Of a DNA stretch of 64,000 bases, positions 44,458-53,028 are shown one piece after another; the first letter of the stretch is position 1, and each line of letters begins with the position of its first letter. Made by a program: the position numbers and the translations under genes. The DNA lies in assembly GCA_963748015.1 (NCBI GenBank), contig CAVVHE010000004.1:1696001-1760000 (forward strand), given 5' to 3'. The notes under the pieces are model-generated. The model was not told the DNA's origin, made no database searches, and was given only the letters and a program-made list of their open reading frames with translations. Origin of the DNA: Terriglobia bacterium (GTDB taxonomy: Bacteria; Acidobacteriota; Polarisedimenticolia; Polarisedimenticolales; JAIQFR01).

Positions 44458-45702
44458 ATGGCGAATGCGCCTTCGCTTGCCGTCTCATCGCTCGACGCGA
44501 TCGTGACGTCGGCATGCAACTTGAGGTGTAGCTACTGCTACCAGGCCGCTAGAAGCGCCGGTCGGATGGGCTGGGAAATCCTACGCGCTTGCGTGGACCT
44601 TCTTCTGGCATCGGAATGCGACGACGTCCAGTTGGTGTTCTACGGGGGAGAGCCACTCCTCGAGTTCCCCACGATCCGGCGAGCGGTGAACTACGCCGAG
44701 ACGGCAAAGCCGCGGCGCCAGCGCGTCCGGTATGGGATCGTTACGAACGGCATCCTGCTTGGGTCGGAGGTCGCCGCGTTCCTCGACGAGCACCGCTTCG
44801 AAACGCGATTGAGTTTCGACGGGGTCCCCGCCTCGCAGGATCTTCGGGCGAGAGGAACTTTCCCGATACTAGACCGCCTGCTAGTCCGGCTGCGGAGCGA
44901 TAATCCCAGGTTCTTCCGCGACGATCTCAGCATCAACATCACGCTGCACTCGGGAAACCTCCGCTACCTTCCGGATTCGATCGAGTACTTCCTCGAAAAA
45001 GGAATCCGCTCGATCCTCCTCGGTCCCATGGTCAACCACGACGACGGCTGGCGCCTGAACATGATCGAGGATCTCGATGCGCGGTTCTCCTGCGTCTTCC
45101 AATCCTGCCTGGTTCATTACAGCAGGTCAGGCGAGGTTCCCCTCACTGTCTTCCGAAAGACGGCAAGCCCGACGCTCCGCGAGGCCGTCGGCCGGGCTGT
45201 CTGTGGTGTGGGCGGCGGGACGAAAGTCGCCGTGGATCCTAGCGGCAACGTGCATGGCTGCGTGATGCTCGTGGATGCATATCAGTCCTTACCCCTTCCT
45301 TTCCGGAATCGACTAACGGGGATGAAGATGGGGAATCTTCTTGACGTGCGGTTTGAGAAACGCTACCGGCGCTATCCCGCGACGGCGCGCGCCGCCCGCA
45401 TCTTCAACGATCGGCACCTCAAGTACTCGTCATACGGCCGTTGCGACCGCTGCAGGTTCGCAGGATCATGCTCCGTCTGCCCCGTGGCCGTAGGGTATGT
45501 ACCGTACAGCGACGATCCCCACCGGATTCCGGATCATGTTTGCGCCTACAACCTCGTGTCACTCGACTACCGCGATCGATTTCCGAGCCCTACCGCGGCC
45601 GAGGACTTATTCGCGGGGAAGGCGGTTCTTTCTAGGGAGATGAGCGAACTACGGGCGTTCGTGCTGTCCCGGCCGGGCGCCAGGGGAAGGAGATTGCCAT
45701 GA
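44458..45702 (+). CDS. Radical SAM protein with SPASM-type auxiliary cluster domain
   Basis: CNLRCSYC, FYGGEPLL, TNGILL, SFDG; C-x18-C then Cx2Cx5Cx2C-x20-C. Confidence 0.92.
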   Translation: MANAPSLAVSSLDAIVTSACNLRCSYCYQAARSAGRMGWEILRACVDLLLASECDDVQLVFYGGEPLLEFPTIRRAVNYAETAKPRRQRVRYGIVTNGILLGSEVAAFLDEHRFETRLSFDGVPASQDLRARGTFPILDRLLVRLRSDNPRFFRDDLSINITLHSGNLRYLPDSIEYFLEKGIRSILLGPMVNHDDGWRLNMIEDLDARFSCVFQSCLVHYSRSGEVPLTVFRKTASPTLREAVGRAVCGVGGGTKVAVDPSGNVHGCVMLVDAYQSLPLPFRNRLTGMKMGNLLDVRFEKRYRRYPATARAARIFNDRHLKYSSYGRCDRCRFAGSCSVCPVAVGYVPYSDDPHRIPDHVCAYNLVSLDYRDRFPSPTAAEDLFAGKAVLSREMSELRAFVLSRPGARGRRLP

Positions 45703-47486
45703 GAAAGAGGTTCCTTCCGACCATGATGCTTCTCGCCTTTACCGCCGGGGGTATCGCGAGCGCTGATCTCACTCCCACGCGGAGACCCCCGAACGGCGTA
45801 CGCCTCATTGTCCAGTTCGACACGGGGTCGGCCAGCGTCCTGAAGGCGTGGCCTACGAAATGGAGGCCATCGGGGGCAAACCTGCGGAAGCCCGTTATCG
45901 ACCAGAAGACCTGGCGTCGCTATCCCGCCGGGAGCGGCGAGTTGCTGGTGTGTGTCTACGACAAAGACGGCAAGCCCATCGAGACCTACGCGTGGCCCTC
46001 GAAAGCTTTAGTTCTCGTAGATGGTTTCGACGCCAATCAGGGAGGCGCCCTGCGAGGTCGGGCCGTGACACCTCGCACAGATCAGCGTCTCATGGAGATC
46101 CCTCTCGATGGCAATGCTCACTTCCTTGCCTTCTTCCGGACGGAGGTCCTCGACACTCCGGCCCAGCTGTTTCCCGTGCGTCTTACGACGCTATCCGTCT
46201 ACGACGTCGAAGGCGGGAGTAAGCCGCCGAAGGTGCTTCATCGGCCCGCCGAGAATCTCCCATCCGTTCCTCCGCCCGGGGCCCTCCAGCCGCTGACGCT
46301 CATTCAGTCGGACAATAGCAGCTCCGGTGTCTCCAGCAGTGAAGTATCGAGCGGTCAGACGGAAACGAGCCGACCTTCGCCGAAGAAGTTCGACATTCTC
46401 GTCCTCGGCGACGGATTCGCCAATGAGCTGTCGTTCAACGCCGCCGCGTACGATCTGAAAGCAGCGCTTCTCGGGCCCCAGGCCGCTGCGAATCAGGGCT
46501 CGCCTAACGATCTGGGCGACGGCATCGAGCCGTTTCGTTCCGAGCAACGGAAGATCACCTTCCACTACAAGTTTGACCAATCCAGCGGCGAGGGTGTCGC
46601 GCACTGCTGGAACGACACCGGAAACGCTTGCGATGAAGGCGGAGGCCCCAAGCCTCCTTTCTGGGTGGAGGGGCAGTGGGAAGATGAGCTCGGCACGCAG
46701 GGAGGCCCCGGCTACTTCGGCACCAAACACCTCGACGCAGTGTTCAACGCCAAACAAGCATTCGAGAACACACACACGGAGCTCGAGGACGGTGTGATCG
46801 ATCTGGTGATAATGCTAGCGAACTGCCGACGCTACGGCGGCAACGCGGACATGGAGAACGGAATCGTGTACCTTCCGTTGCCAAGCGACAACAGCGAGCT
46901 GCATCCGCTGTCGGAGTACGCGGGACTGGTCGCGCACGAGGTCGCGCACGTCGTCGCAGGACTCGGCGAAGAGTATGTGAGCTGCGTCCCACCCGATCGG
47001 GTCGACTACCACCGGTTCCCCAACATCGCGTTCATGGGGGACGTCAGGCCGAAGGAGGTGCCGTGGAGGGACTACGCCGAAGCGCGCGGCGCATACTCGA
47101 GCGCGGACGAGAAGTTCAAGGTGGTTCACACGAAAGCGGACGGGTTCGATTGCGCCTGCGAGCCTTTCGATTGCCTCGCACTGCCAGATCAGGAGGAGGC
47201 GACGTGCCTCGGGAATCGAAGGGAACTTGGGCTGTTCTGGGGAGCCATGTACGCATCCTGCGAGTGCAGCAAGCCGCCGAGGCACTGCCCCCAGTCGCTG
47301 TGGTGTGACGCTAGCCCCGCGTACTTCCGTCCGATGAGCCGCTGCAGGATGCAAAGGACGGCTGACGAATTCTGTGATGTCTGCAAGTGCTTGCTCAGAC
47401 TTGCGATCGCAAAGGCATCGGGGCAACCTCTCTCCCCGGAACACGAAAGTTGCGGGAGGCTGGAGCACGTCGCCGCCCCCCTGTAA
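45699..47486 (+). CDS. Secreted M64 (IgA-peptidase-like) zinc metallopeptidase, Cys-rich
   Basis: Signal peptide; DILVLGDGF, IEPF, HEVAHVVAGLGEEY, PNI, GLFWGAMY, FRPMSRCRM...FCDVC. ATGA overlap with the radical SAM gene. Confidence 0.8.
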   Translation: MRKRFLPTMMLLAFTAGGIASADLTPTRRPPNGVRLIVQFDTGSASVLKAWPTKWRPSGANLRKPVIDQKTWRRYPAGSGELLVCVYDKDGKPIETYAWPSKALVLVDGFDANQGGALRGRAVTPRTDQRLMEIPLDGNAHFLAFFRTEVLDTPAQLFPVRLTTLSVYDVEGGSKPPKVLHRPAENLPSVPPPGALQPLTLIQSDNSSSGVSSSEVSSGQTETSRPSPKKFDILVLGDGFANELSFNAAAYDLKAALLGPQAAANQGSPNDLGDGIEPFRSEQRKITFHYKFDQSSGEGVAHCWNDTGNACDEGGGPKPPFWVEGQWEDELGTQGGPGYFGTKHLDAVFNAKQAFENTHTELEDGVIDLVIMLANCRRYGGNADMENGIVYLPLPSDNSELHPLSEYAGLVAHEVAHVVAGLGEEYVSCVPPDRVDYHRFPNIAFMGDVRPKEVPWRDYAEARGAYSSADEKFKVVHTKADGFDCACEPFDCLALPDQEEATCLGNRRELGLFWGAMYASCECSKPPRHCPQSLWCDASPAYFRPMSRCRMQRTADEFCDVCKCLLRLAIAKASGQPLSPEHESCGRLEHVAAPL

Positions 47487-47582
47487 CCGCCCTTCCGGAA
47501 GACGGGTGTCTCGGATACCGTGTGACAAGCGGCACCGACGGCCGGCTCGCCCAGGAAACCCGCGGGACGTGAAGCCTGGATC

Positions 47583-48155
47583 TTACTTCGGCGCCCGCTT
47601 CGAGAACTCCCAAGTGCGAGTATCGACGATGATCTTCTCGCCAGCCTCGATGAAAAGCGGGACCTTCACGGTCTTCCCGTTGGTCAGCGTCGCATCCTTG
47701 AGGTTCTTCCCCGACTGGGTGTCGCCACGCGCCCCGCCGCCGACCATGTCGATCTCCGCCTCGATGAACTGCGGGAGATTCACGCCGACCGGCTTCCCGT
47801 TGAAGAGGACCGACGAAAGCGTGAGCCCCTCGGTCAGCCAGTCCACCCCCTCCCCCACCTGCTCGCGCGGGAGCGAGAACTGGTCGTAGCTCTGCACGTC
47901 CATGAAGTGGCAGGCCTCGCCGTCGTCGTAGAGGAACTGGATCTGGCGGAACTGCACGTCGGGCTCGTCGAACTTCTCGCCCGACTTGAAGGTCCGCTCG
48001 GCCAGCACGCCGGTGATGATGTTCCGCATCTTCGTGCGGACGAGCGTCGCGGCCCCCCGCGCCGACGGCGTCTGGACGTTGTAGTCCTCGATCACGTAGG
48101 GCTCGCCGTCCATCAGGACCCTGAGCCCCCTCTTGAAGTCCGACGTCGTGATCAT
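47583..48155 (-). CDS. efp: Elongation factor P family protein, EfpL/YeiP-type loop
   Basis: EF-P fold motifs (FKSGEKF, QFLY, KDATLTNG, VKVPLFIEAGEKI). Loop reads TPSARGAATL rather than PGKG. Confidence 0.9.
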   Translation of the reverse strand: MITTSDFKRGLRVLMDGEPYVIEDYNVQTPSARGAATLVRTKMRNIITGVLAERTFKSGEKFDEPDVQFRQIQFLYDDGEACHFMDVQSYDQFSLPREQVGEGVDWLTEGLTLSSVLFNGKPVGVNLPQFIEAEIDMVGGGARGDTQSGKNLKDATLTNGKTVKVPLFIEAGEKIIVDTRTWEFSKRAPK

Positions 48156-48203
48156 CTCGCCTCCATCTCCGACAGCATCGCCGCCGCCTCCCGGAACGCC
48201 GCC

Positions 48204-48998
48204 CTATCGCCCCGCGGCCGGGGGATCGGGGAACTCGCCCTCGAGGGCGCTCTCCACGATCCGCTTCGCATCCGGCGGGAAATCCTGCTTCAGGATCCAC
48301 CTGAGATAGTCAGGCTGCTCCCGCGCCACGTCCCGCAGCGCCTTCCCCTGGTGCTTGCCGAACGCCAGCACCACCTCGCCGTTCCTGAACACGAACTTCC
48401 CCGACGGACTGGCCGCGTCCGCCGGAATGGGAGGCCGGCACCACCCGTCCAGCTCCTCCACCGACCGCGGAAGATCGGAGTACCGCTCCAGCTGCGCGTC
48501 CAGGACTTCGAGCGACGCCGCGACGTCCGCCTCCGCGCCGTGGGCTCCGACGTGCTCGCGCCCGAGATAGAAAGCCACCGCCGCCGAGAGGTGCCTCGGC
48601 TCCTTGCGGTGGAAGATCGTCATCGCGTCGACGACCCGCCGTCCGGCGAGCTCGAGATCCATGCCGCAGTCGCGGAACTCCCGGTCGAGCAGCGGGATGT
48701 CGAACCTCAGGATGTTGAAGCCGGAGAGGTCCGCATCGCCGAGGAAGTCGAGGAGGCCCCGGGCGATCCGGCGGAACTCCGGCTCGTCTCGAACGTCCTC
48801 GTCCCGGATCCCGTGGATCGCCGTCGCCTCGGGGGGAATCGGCCGGCCGGGATTCACCCGCCGCGTGCGCACCTCGCTGCCGCCGCCGGGCTCCACCCTG
48901 AGAACCGAGATCTCGACGATCCGGTCCGACGATGGGTCGGTCCCCGTGGTCTCGAGATCGAAGACGGCCAGCGGCCGCGTGAGGCGCAGGTTCTTCAT
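48204..48998 (-). CDS. DEDDh 3'-5' exonuclease (DNA Pol III epsilon-like)
   Basis: FDLETTG, IHGI, GFNILRFDIPLL, AHGAEADV, C-terminal FGKHQG. Confidence 0.9.
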   Translation of the reverse strand: MKNLRLTRPLAVFDLETTGTDPSSDRIVEISVLRVEPGGGSEVRTRRVNPGRPIPPEATAIHGIRDEDVRDEPEFRRIARGLLDFLGDADLSGFNILRFDIPLLDREFRDCGMDLELAGRRVVDAMTIFHRKEPRHLSAAVAFYLGREHVGAHGAEADVAASLEVLDAQLERYSDLPRSVEELDGWCRPPIPADAASPSGKFVFRNGEVVLAFGKHQGKALRDVAREQPDYLRWILKQDFPPDAKRIVESALEGEFPDPPAAGR

Positions 48999-49141
48999 CG
49001 GGATCCCCGGATGCTCCGCGAAGCGACTAACTTAGCCGTTCCGCGCGCCGCTCCGCAAGCGCCGGTCCCTCGGCGAACCGGACGGCCCCGGCGCCGGAGG
49101 CTATAATCTCCTTTCGTCGCGCGACGAGGAGGAAGCCGCGG

Positions 49142-51358
49142 ATGCGCAGCCGAATGCCCGAGATCCGCACCGTTCCGGTGGCGGACATCGAGCTCCCGAT
49201 GGAGCTCTCCCGGCTCTACGACATCGTCTACAACCTGTGGTGGACGTGGTCCCCCCGCGCGCACCTCCTGTTCAGCGCCATCGACCCGGTACGGTGGATG
49301 CGGTACCGCAACCCGGTCGAGCTCCTGATCAACGTCGAGCCGCACCGCTGGGAGCCGCTGCTCCTCGACGACAACTTCATGTCGCTCTACGAGAAGCTGG
49401 TGGACTCGTTCGACGACTACCTGGCCGGGGCGGATCGATCGTGGTTCCGCAAGACCTTCCCGGACTACAACGCCGGCCCCTTCGCCTACTTCTCCACCGA
49501 GTTCGGCTGGCACGAGAGCCTCGGGATCTACTCGGGCGGCCTGGGGATCCTGTCGGGCGACCACTGCAAGTCCGCGAGCGACCTCGGCCTGCCCTTCGTC
49601 GGCGTAGGCCTCCTCTATCGCCGCGGCTACTTCCTGCAAACCGTGGACGCCGACGGGGGCCAGCAGCATTTCTATCCGGATTTCGACGTTCGGCGGCTCC
49701 CGGTGCTCCCGATCGTCGGCCCCGGCGGCAAGGAAGTCCGGGTGTCGGTGGACCTTCTCGAGCGGAAGGTGCATCTGAGACTCTGGAAGGCGACCATCGG
49801 ACGCGTTCCGGTCATCCTGCTGGACTCGGACGTCCGGGAGAACGTCGCCGCCGACCGCCAGATCACCTCCATCCTCTACGTGCGCGGCCGCGAGATGAGG
49901 CTCTGCCAGGAGATCCTCCTGGGCATAGGGGGCGTCCACGCCCTCCGCGCGCTGGGGATCGAGCCGGCGGTGTGGCACCTCAACGAGGGACACTCGGCGT
50001 TCGCGTCGCTCGAGCGCCTCCGCGAGCGCGTCATGGCCGAGAAGCAGCCGTTCGAGGAGGCGCTCCGGCGCGTCGCCGAGAACGCGGTATTCACCACGCA
50101 CACCCCCGTTCCGGCCGGCAACGAGGTGTTCGAGGCTTCGCTGGTGAAGGAGTATTTCGAGGACTGCGCGAAGCGCTGCGGCGTGGCCGTGGACAAGCTG
50201 CTCCGGCTCGGGCGCGCCGACTCGGAGCGCGACGACGGCCAGTTCAACCTCACGGCCCTCGCGATCCGCTCCACGCGTCAGACCAATGCCGTGAGCGAGC
50301 TGCACGGGCGGGTCGCCGACGCGATGTGGCGCCACATCATCCCCCCCAAGGAGGACGCGGCGGACGAGCAGCGGGTCACGCACATCACGAACGGCGTGCA
50401 CGTGCCGACGTGGCTCGGGCCGGAGATGGGCGAGCTCCTCCGGCAGCGGCTCGGAAAGGGGTTCCTCACTCGCCTCCTAGACCCCGGTTTCGCCGAGGCG
50501 GTCGTGGCGATCCCCGACGCCGACCTCTGGGAGGCCCACCAGGCCCAGAAGAAGCGCCTGATCGGCTTCGGGCGCGAGCGGCTGATCGGGCAGTTCGCGC
50601 GCCACGGCCGGTCTCCGAAGGAGCTGCGGCAGATCGAGGGCCTGATGGACCCGGAGGTCCTGACGCTCGGCTTCGGGCGCCGCTTCGCGACGTACAAGCG
50701 GGCCGACCTCATCTTCAACGACCCCGGAAGGCTCCGCTCGATCCTGACCGAGTCCAGCCGGCCCGTGCAGATGCTCTTCGCCGGGAAGGCGCACCCGGCC
50801 GACCGCCCGGGACAGGAGCTGATTCGCAGGATCTTCGAGGCGTCGCTCACCCCCGCCCTCGAGGGTCGCATCGTGTTCCTGGAGAACTACGACATGCGCG
50901 TCGCCCGCATGCTGGTCCAGGGCGTGGACGTCTGGCTCAATACCCCGAGCCGCCCTCACGAGGCCAGCGGGACGAGCGGCATGAAGGTGGCGGTCAACGG
51001 CGGCCTGAACTTCAGCGTGCTCGACGGCTGGTGGTGCGAGGGGTACGACCGCACTCACGGGTGGGTCATCGGCCGGGGACAGGACAACCCGAATCCGGCC
51101 GAGCAGAACCGCGAGGACGCGGAGTCGTTCTACAAGGTCCTGTCCGGCGAGATCGTTCCATGCTTCTATCGCCGGGACCCCGCGTCGGGCCTCCCGGTCG
51201 AGTGGATCTCGCGGATGAAGCGGGCCATCGCCAAGCTGACGCCCCGGTTCAGCACCGAGCGCATGCTTCGCGACTACACGCGCAAGGCCTACCTTCCCGC
51301 CGCGCTGGGCGAGGAGCCTGGGGCCGTGATCCAGGAATCGCAGTTCTGGCAGCCCTGA
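49142..51358 (+). CDS. glgP: Alpha-glucan (glycogen/starch) phosphorylase
   Basis: YSGGLGILSGDH, HLNEGH, FTTHTPVPAG, RRFATYKRA, EASGTSGMK. Confidence 0.96.
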   Translation: MRSRMPEIRTVPVADIELPMELSRLYDIVYNLWWTWSPRAHLLFSAIDPVRWMRYRNPVELLINVEPHRWEPLLLDDNFMSLYEKLVDSFDDYLAGADRSWFRKTFPDYNAGPFAYFSTEFGWHESLGIYSGGLGILSGDHCKSASDLGLPFVGVGLLYRRGYFLQTVDADGGQQHFYPDFDVRRLPVLPIVGPGGKEVRVSVDLLERKVHLRLWKATIGRVPVILLDSDVRENVAADRQITSILYVRGREMRLCQEILLGIGGVHALRALGIEPAVWHLNEGHSAFASLERLRERVMAEKQPFEEALRRVAENAVFTTHTPVPAGNEVFEASLVKEYFEDCAKRCGVAVDKLLRLGRADSERDDGQFNLTALAIRSTRQTNAVSELHGRVADAMWRHIIPPKEDAADEQRVTHITNGVHVPTWLGPEMGELLRQRLGKGFLTRLLDPGFAEAVVAIPDADLWEAHQAQKKRLIGFGRERLIGQFARHGRSPKELRQIEGLMDPEVLTLGFGRRFATYKRADLIFNDPGRLRSILTESSRPVQMLFAGKAHPADRPGQELIRRIFEASLTPALEGRIVFLENYDMRVARMLVQGVDVWLNTPSRPHEASGTSGMKVAVNGGLNFSVLDGWWCEGYDRTHGWVIGRGQDNPNPAEQNREDAESFYKVLSGEIVPCFYRRDPASGLPVEWISRMKRAIAKLTPRFSTERMLRDYTRKAYLPAALGEEPGAVIQESQFWQP

Positions 51359-51391
51359 CGGGGCGCCGGCGGCACGAAAGGGACCGACGAC

Positions 51392-51583
51392 ATGAAGCGC
51401 AGCGACGAGAAGGCTCGGCAGGACGACCGGGACGTGACCGGATTCTGCGAGGAAGCGCAGGCGGACGGCGTTCCGTGCTACGAGTCGGGCCGGCAGTGCG
51501 ACACCTGCGCGCGCGCCCGCCCGGAGGACGCGCCGCCCGCCGCGGCTCCCCCGGCGCGAAAGTCCCCTCCGCGGAAACGCTGA
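51392..51583 (+). CDS. Small hypothetical Cys-containing protein (63 aa)
   Basis: ATG after AAAGGGA; C-x9-C-x6-C-x2-C; followed by a terminator-like hairpin. Confidence 0.55.
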   Translation: MKRSDEKARQDDRDVTGFCEEAQADGVPCYESGRQCDTCARARPEDAPPAAAPPARKSPPRKR

Positions 51584-51604
51584 GCGCGGGTGGCCGGCCG
51601 GGAG

Positions 51605-51666
51605 AAAAAAACGCCTCCCGGCGCGCCCGCCTCTGGGGGGAGAGAGAGGTCGCGCCGGGAGGTTTT
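51605..51666. terminator. Bidirectional terminator-like hairpin
   Basis: A7 - CCTCCCGGCGCG ... CGCGCCGGGAGG - T4 between convergent genes. Confidence 0.6.
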
Positions 51667-51849
51667 GAGGCCTTACGGGACACACCCACTGCGACCGTCG
51701 TGCCATCCCGAGCGCTTCCCGGCAGGCTCGCGTAACCGGCTGGTCCGTAAGCCTTTAGCGCAGGGCGCCGCCAGAGGCCGCCCGGGCGCTGCTCGATCCC
51801 GCGTTACCGGTTCGTAAGCACGCCGGGGCCCCGTGCGCCGATTCGAAAC

Positions 51850-52953
51850 TCACTCCCAGAATTTCCACGCCGGTTTCCGGTTCTCGTCGCCCGACTCGAG
51901 GACGACGTCGTGGGCCGGCAACTCCGGCAGGGCGCGGGCGACCAGTTCGCGGAACTGGGCGGGGTCCGCGTCAGGCCCGGCATGATTCGTCGGGTTCGTG
52001 GCGACCGCGACGAGCTTCATCGGCCGGACGACCTGGAAGCGCCCGTGCCCCTTGAGCCACGCCTTGAAGTAGATCGGCGCGACGTTGATCCGGGTCGCGT
52101 CGCGCACCACCAGGCTGCACCGGAAGGCCGAGCGCACCAGCGGGATCATGAACTCGTCGTTGACGCCGTGCGGCATCACCACCGTCGCGACCGGGGTCTG
52201 GCCGAGCGTCTCCAGGGCGCGCGTCGGATCGTCGAGCCCCGGAGGAAGGACGCCGATCGCCTTCCCGCGAGCGTCGAGGAGGGCGGCGGCGCCGGTCGAG
52301 GCGGTCTCCTCCCAGGCCACGCGCGCCGGCTCCTCGCACGGGGGGACGGTCAGCGTCTCGACCACGTAGCGGGCTGCCGCGGCGGAGCGCTCGGGGGACG
52401 CGGAGTAGCTCGACCCGACGACGATGATTGCCCCGTCCACGATGCCTGGGGCCGCGAACGCCCGCCGCTCCCATCCCCCGTCCACGAGCACCAGCCCACC
52501 CGACTTCTCGCCGAGTCGCGAGAGGACCTCCGCCATGCCGTCGCTCTCGGACGGGCCGTGCAGGTCCACTTCCCCGCCGCGAAACACGCGGTACAGGCCG
52601 ATCGCGCCGAGGGGAGTCTGCCACGAGGTCCCCTCGACCAGCTCGAGCCCGCCCTCGGCGCTGCGGACGGTGTCGGCCGCCGTCGCGATGCAGGCGCCGT
52701 CGGGAAGAGCCAGCCGCGTCACCGGCTGCTCGTTGGGGCTGTGCTCGAACTCGATCTCGAGAGGGAGCCGCGGAGCGGAGGTCACCGCGATCGGCCACGA
52801 GCGGGCATGGATCCGGCGAACGAGATGGGAAAGGACCGTGCGCGTCCCGGCGCGCGAGTGCAGCCCCAGGACCGCCACACGCTGGCAGCCGGAGGAAACG
52901 ACACGGTCGAGGAGGTCGGGGCCCTCGGGCGGCTTCGGCTTGCGATCGAACAT
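51850..52953 (-). CDS. Hypothetical protein resembling KamB-type (lysine 5,6-aminomutase reactivase subunit) P-loop fold, degenerate
   Basis: RVAVLGLHSRAGTRTVL (Walker A-like, no Lys), IATA, TPLG, VDLHGP, LVDGGWERRAFAAP, LVAVATNP. Recalled resemblance only. Confidence 0.5.
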   Translation of the reverse strand: MFDRKPKPPEGPDLLDRVVSSGCQRVAVLGLHSRAGTRTVLSHLVRRIHARSWPIAVTSAPRLPLEIEFEHSPNEQPVTRLALPDGACIATAADTVRSAEGGLELVEGTSWQTPLGAIGLYRVFRGGEVDLHGPSESDGMAEVLSRLGEKSGGLVLVDGGWERRAFAAPGIVDGAIIVVGSSYSASPERSAAAARYVVETLTVPPCEEPARVAWEETASTGAAALLDARGKAIGVLPPGLDDPTRALETLGQTPVATVVMPHGVNDEFMIPLVRSAFRCSLVVRDATRINVAPIYFKAWLKGHGRFQVVRPMKLVAVATNPTNHAGPDADPAQFRELVARALPELPAHDVVLESGDENRKPAWKFWE

Positions 52954-53028
52954 CGTCCCACCGGCGCGGCGCACGGCGGCGGGACAACCGCCGACTGGGC
53001 CGCACCGGGGGATTCTAGCAACTCGGAG

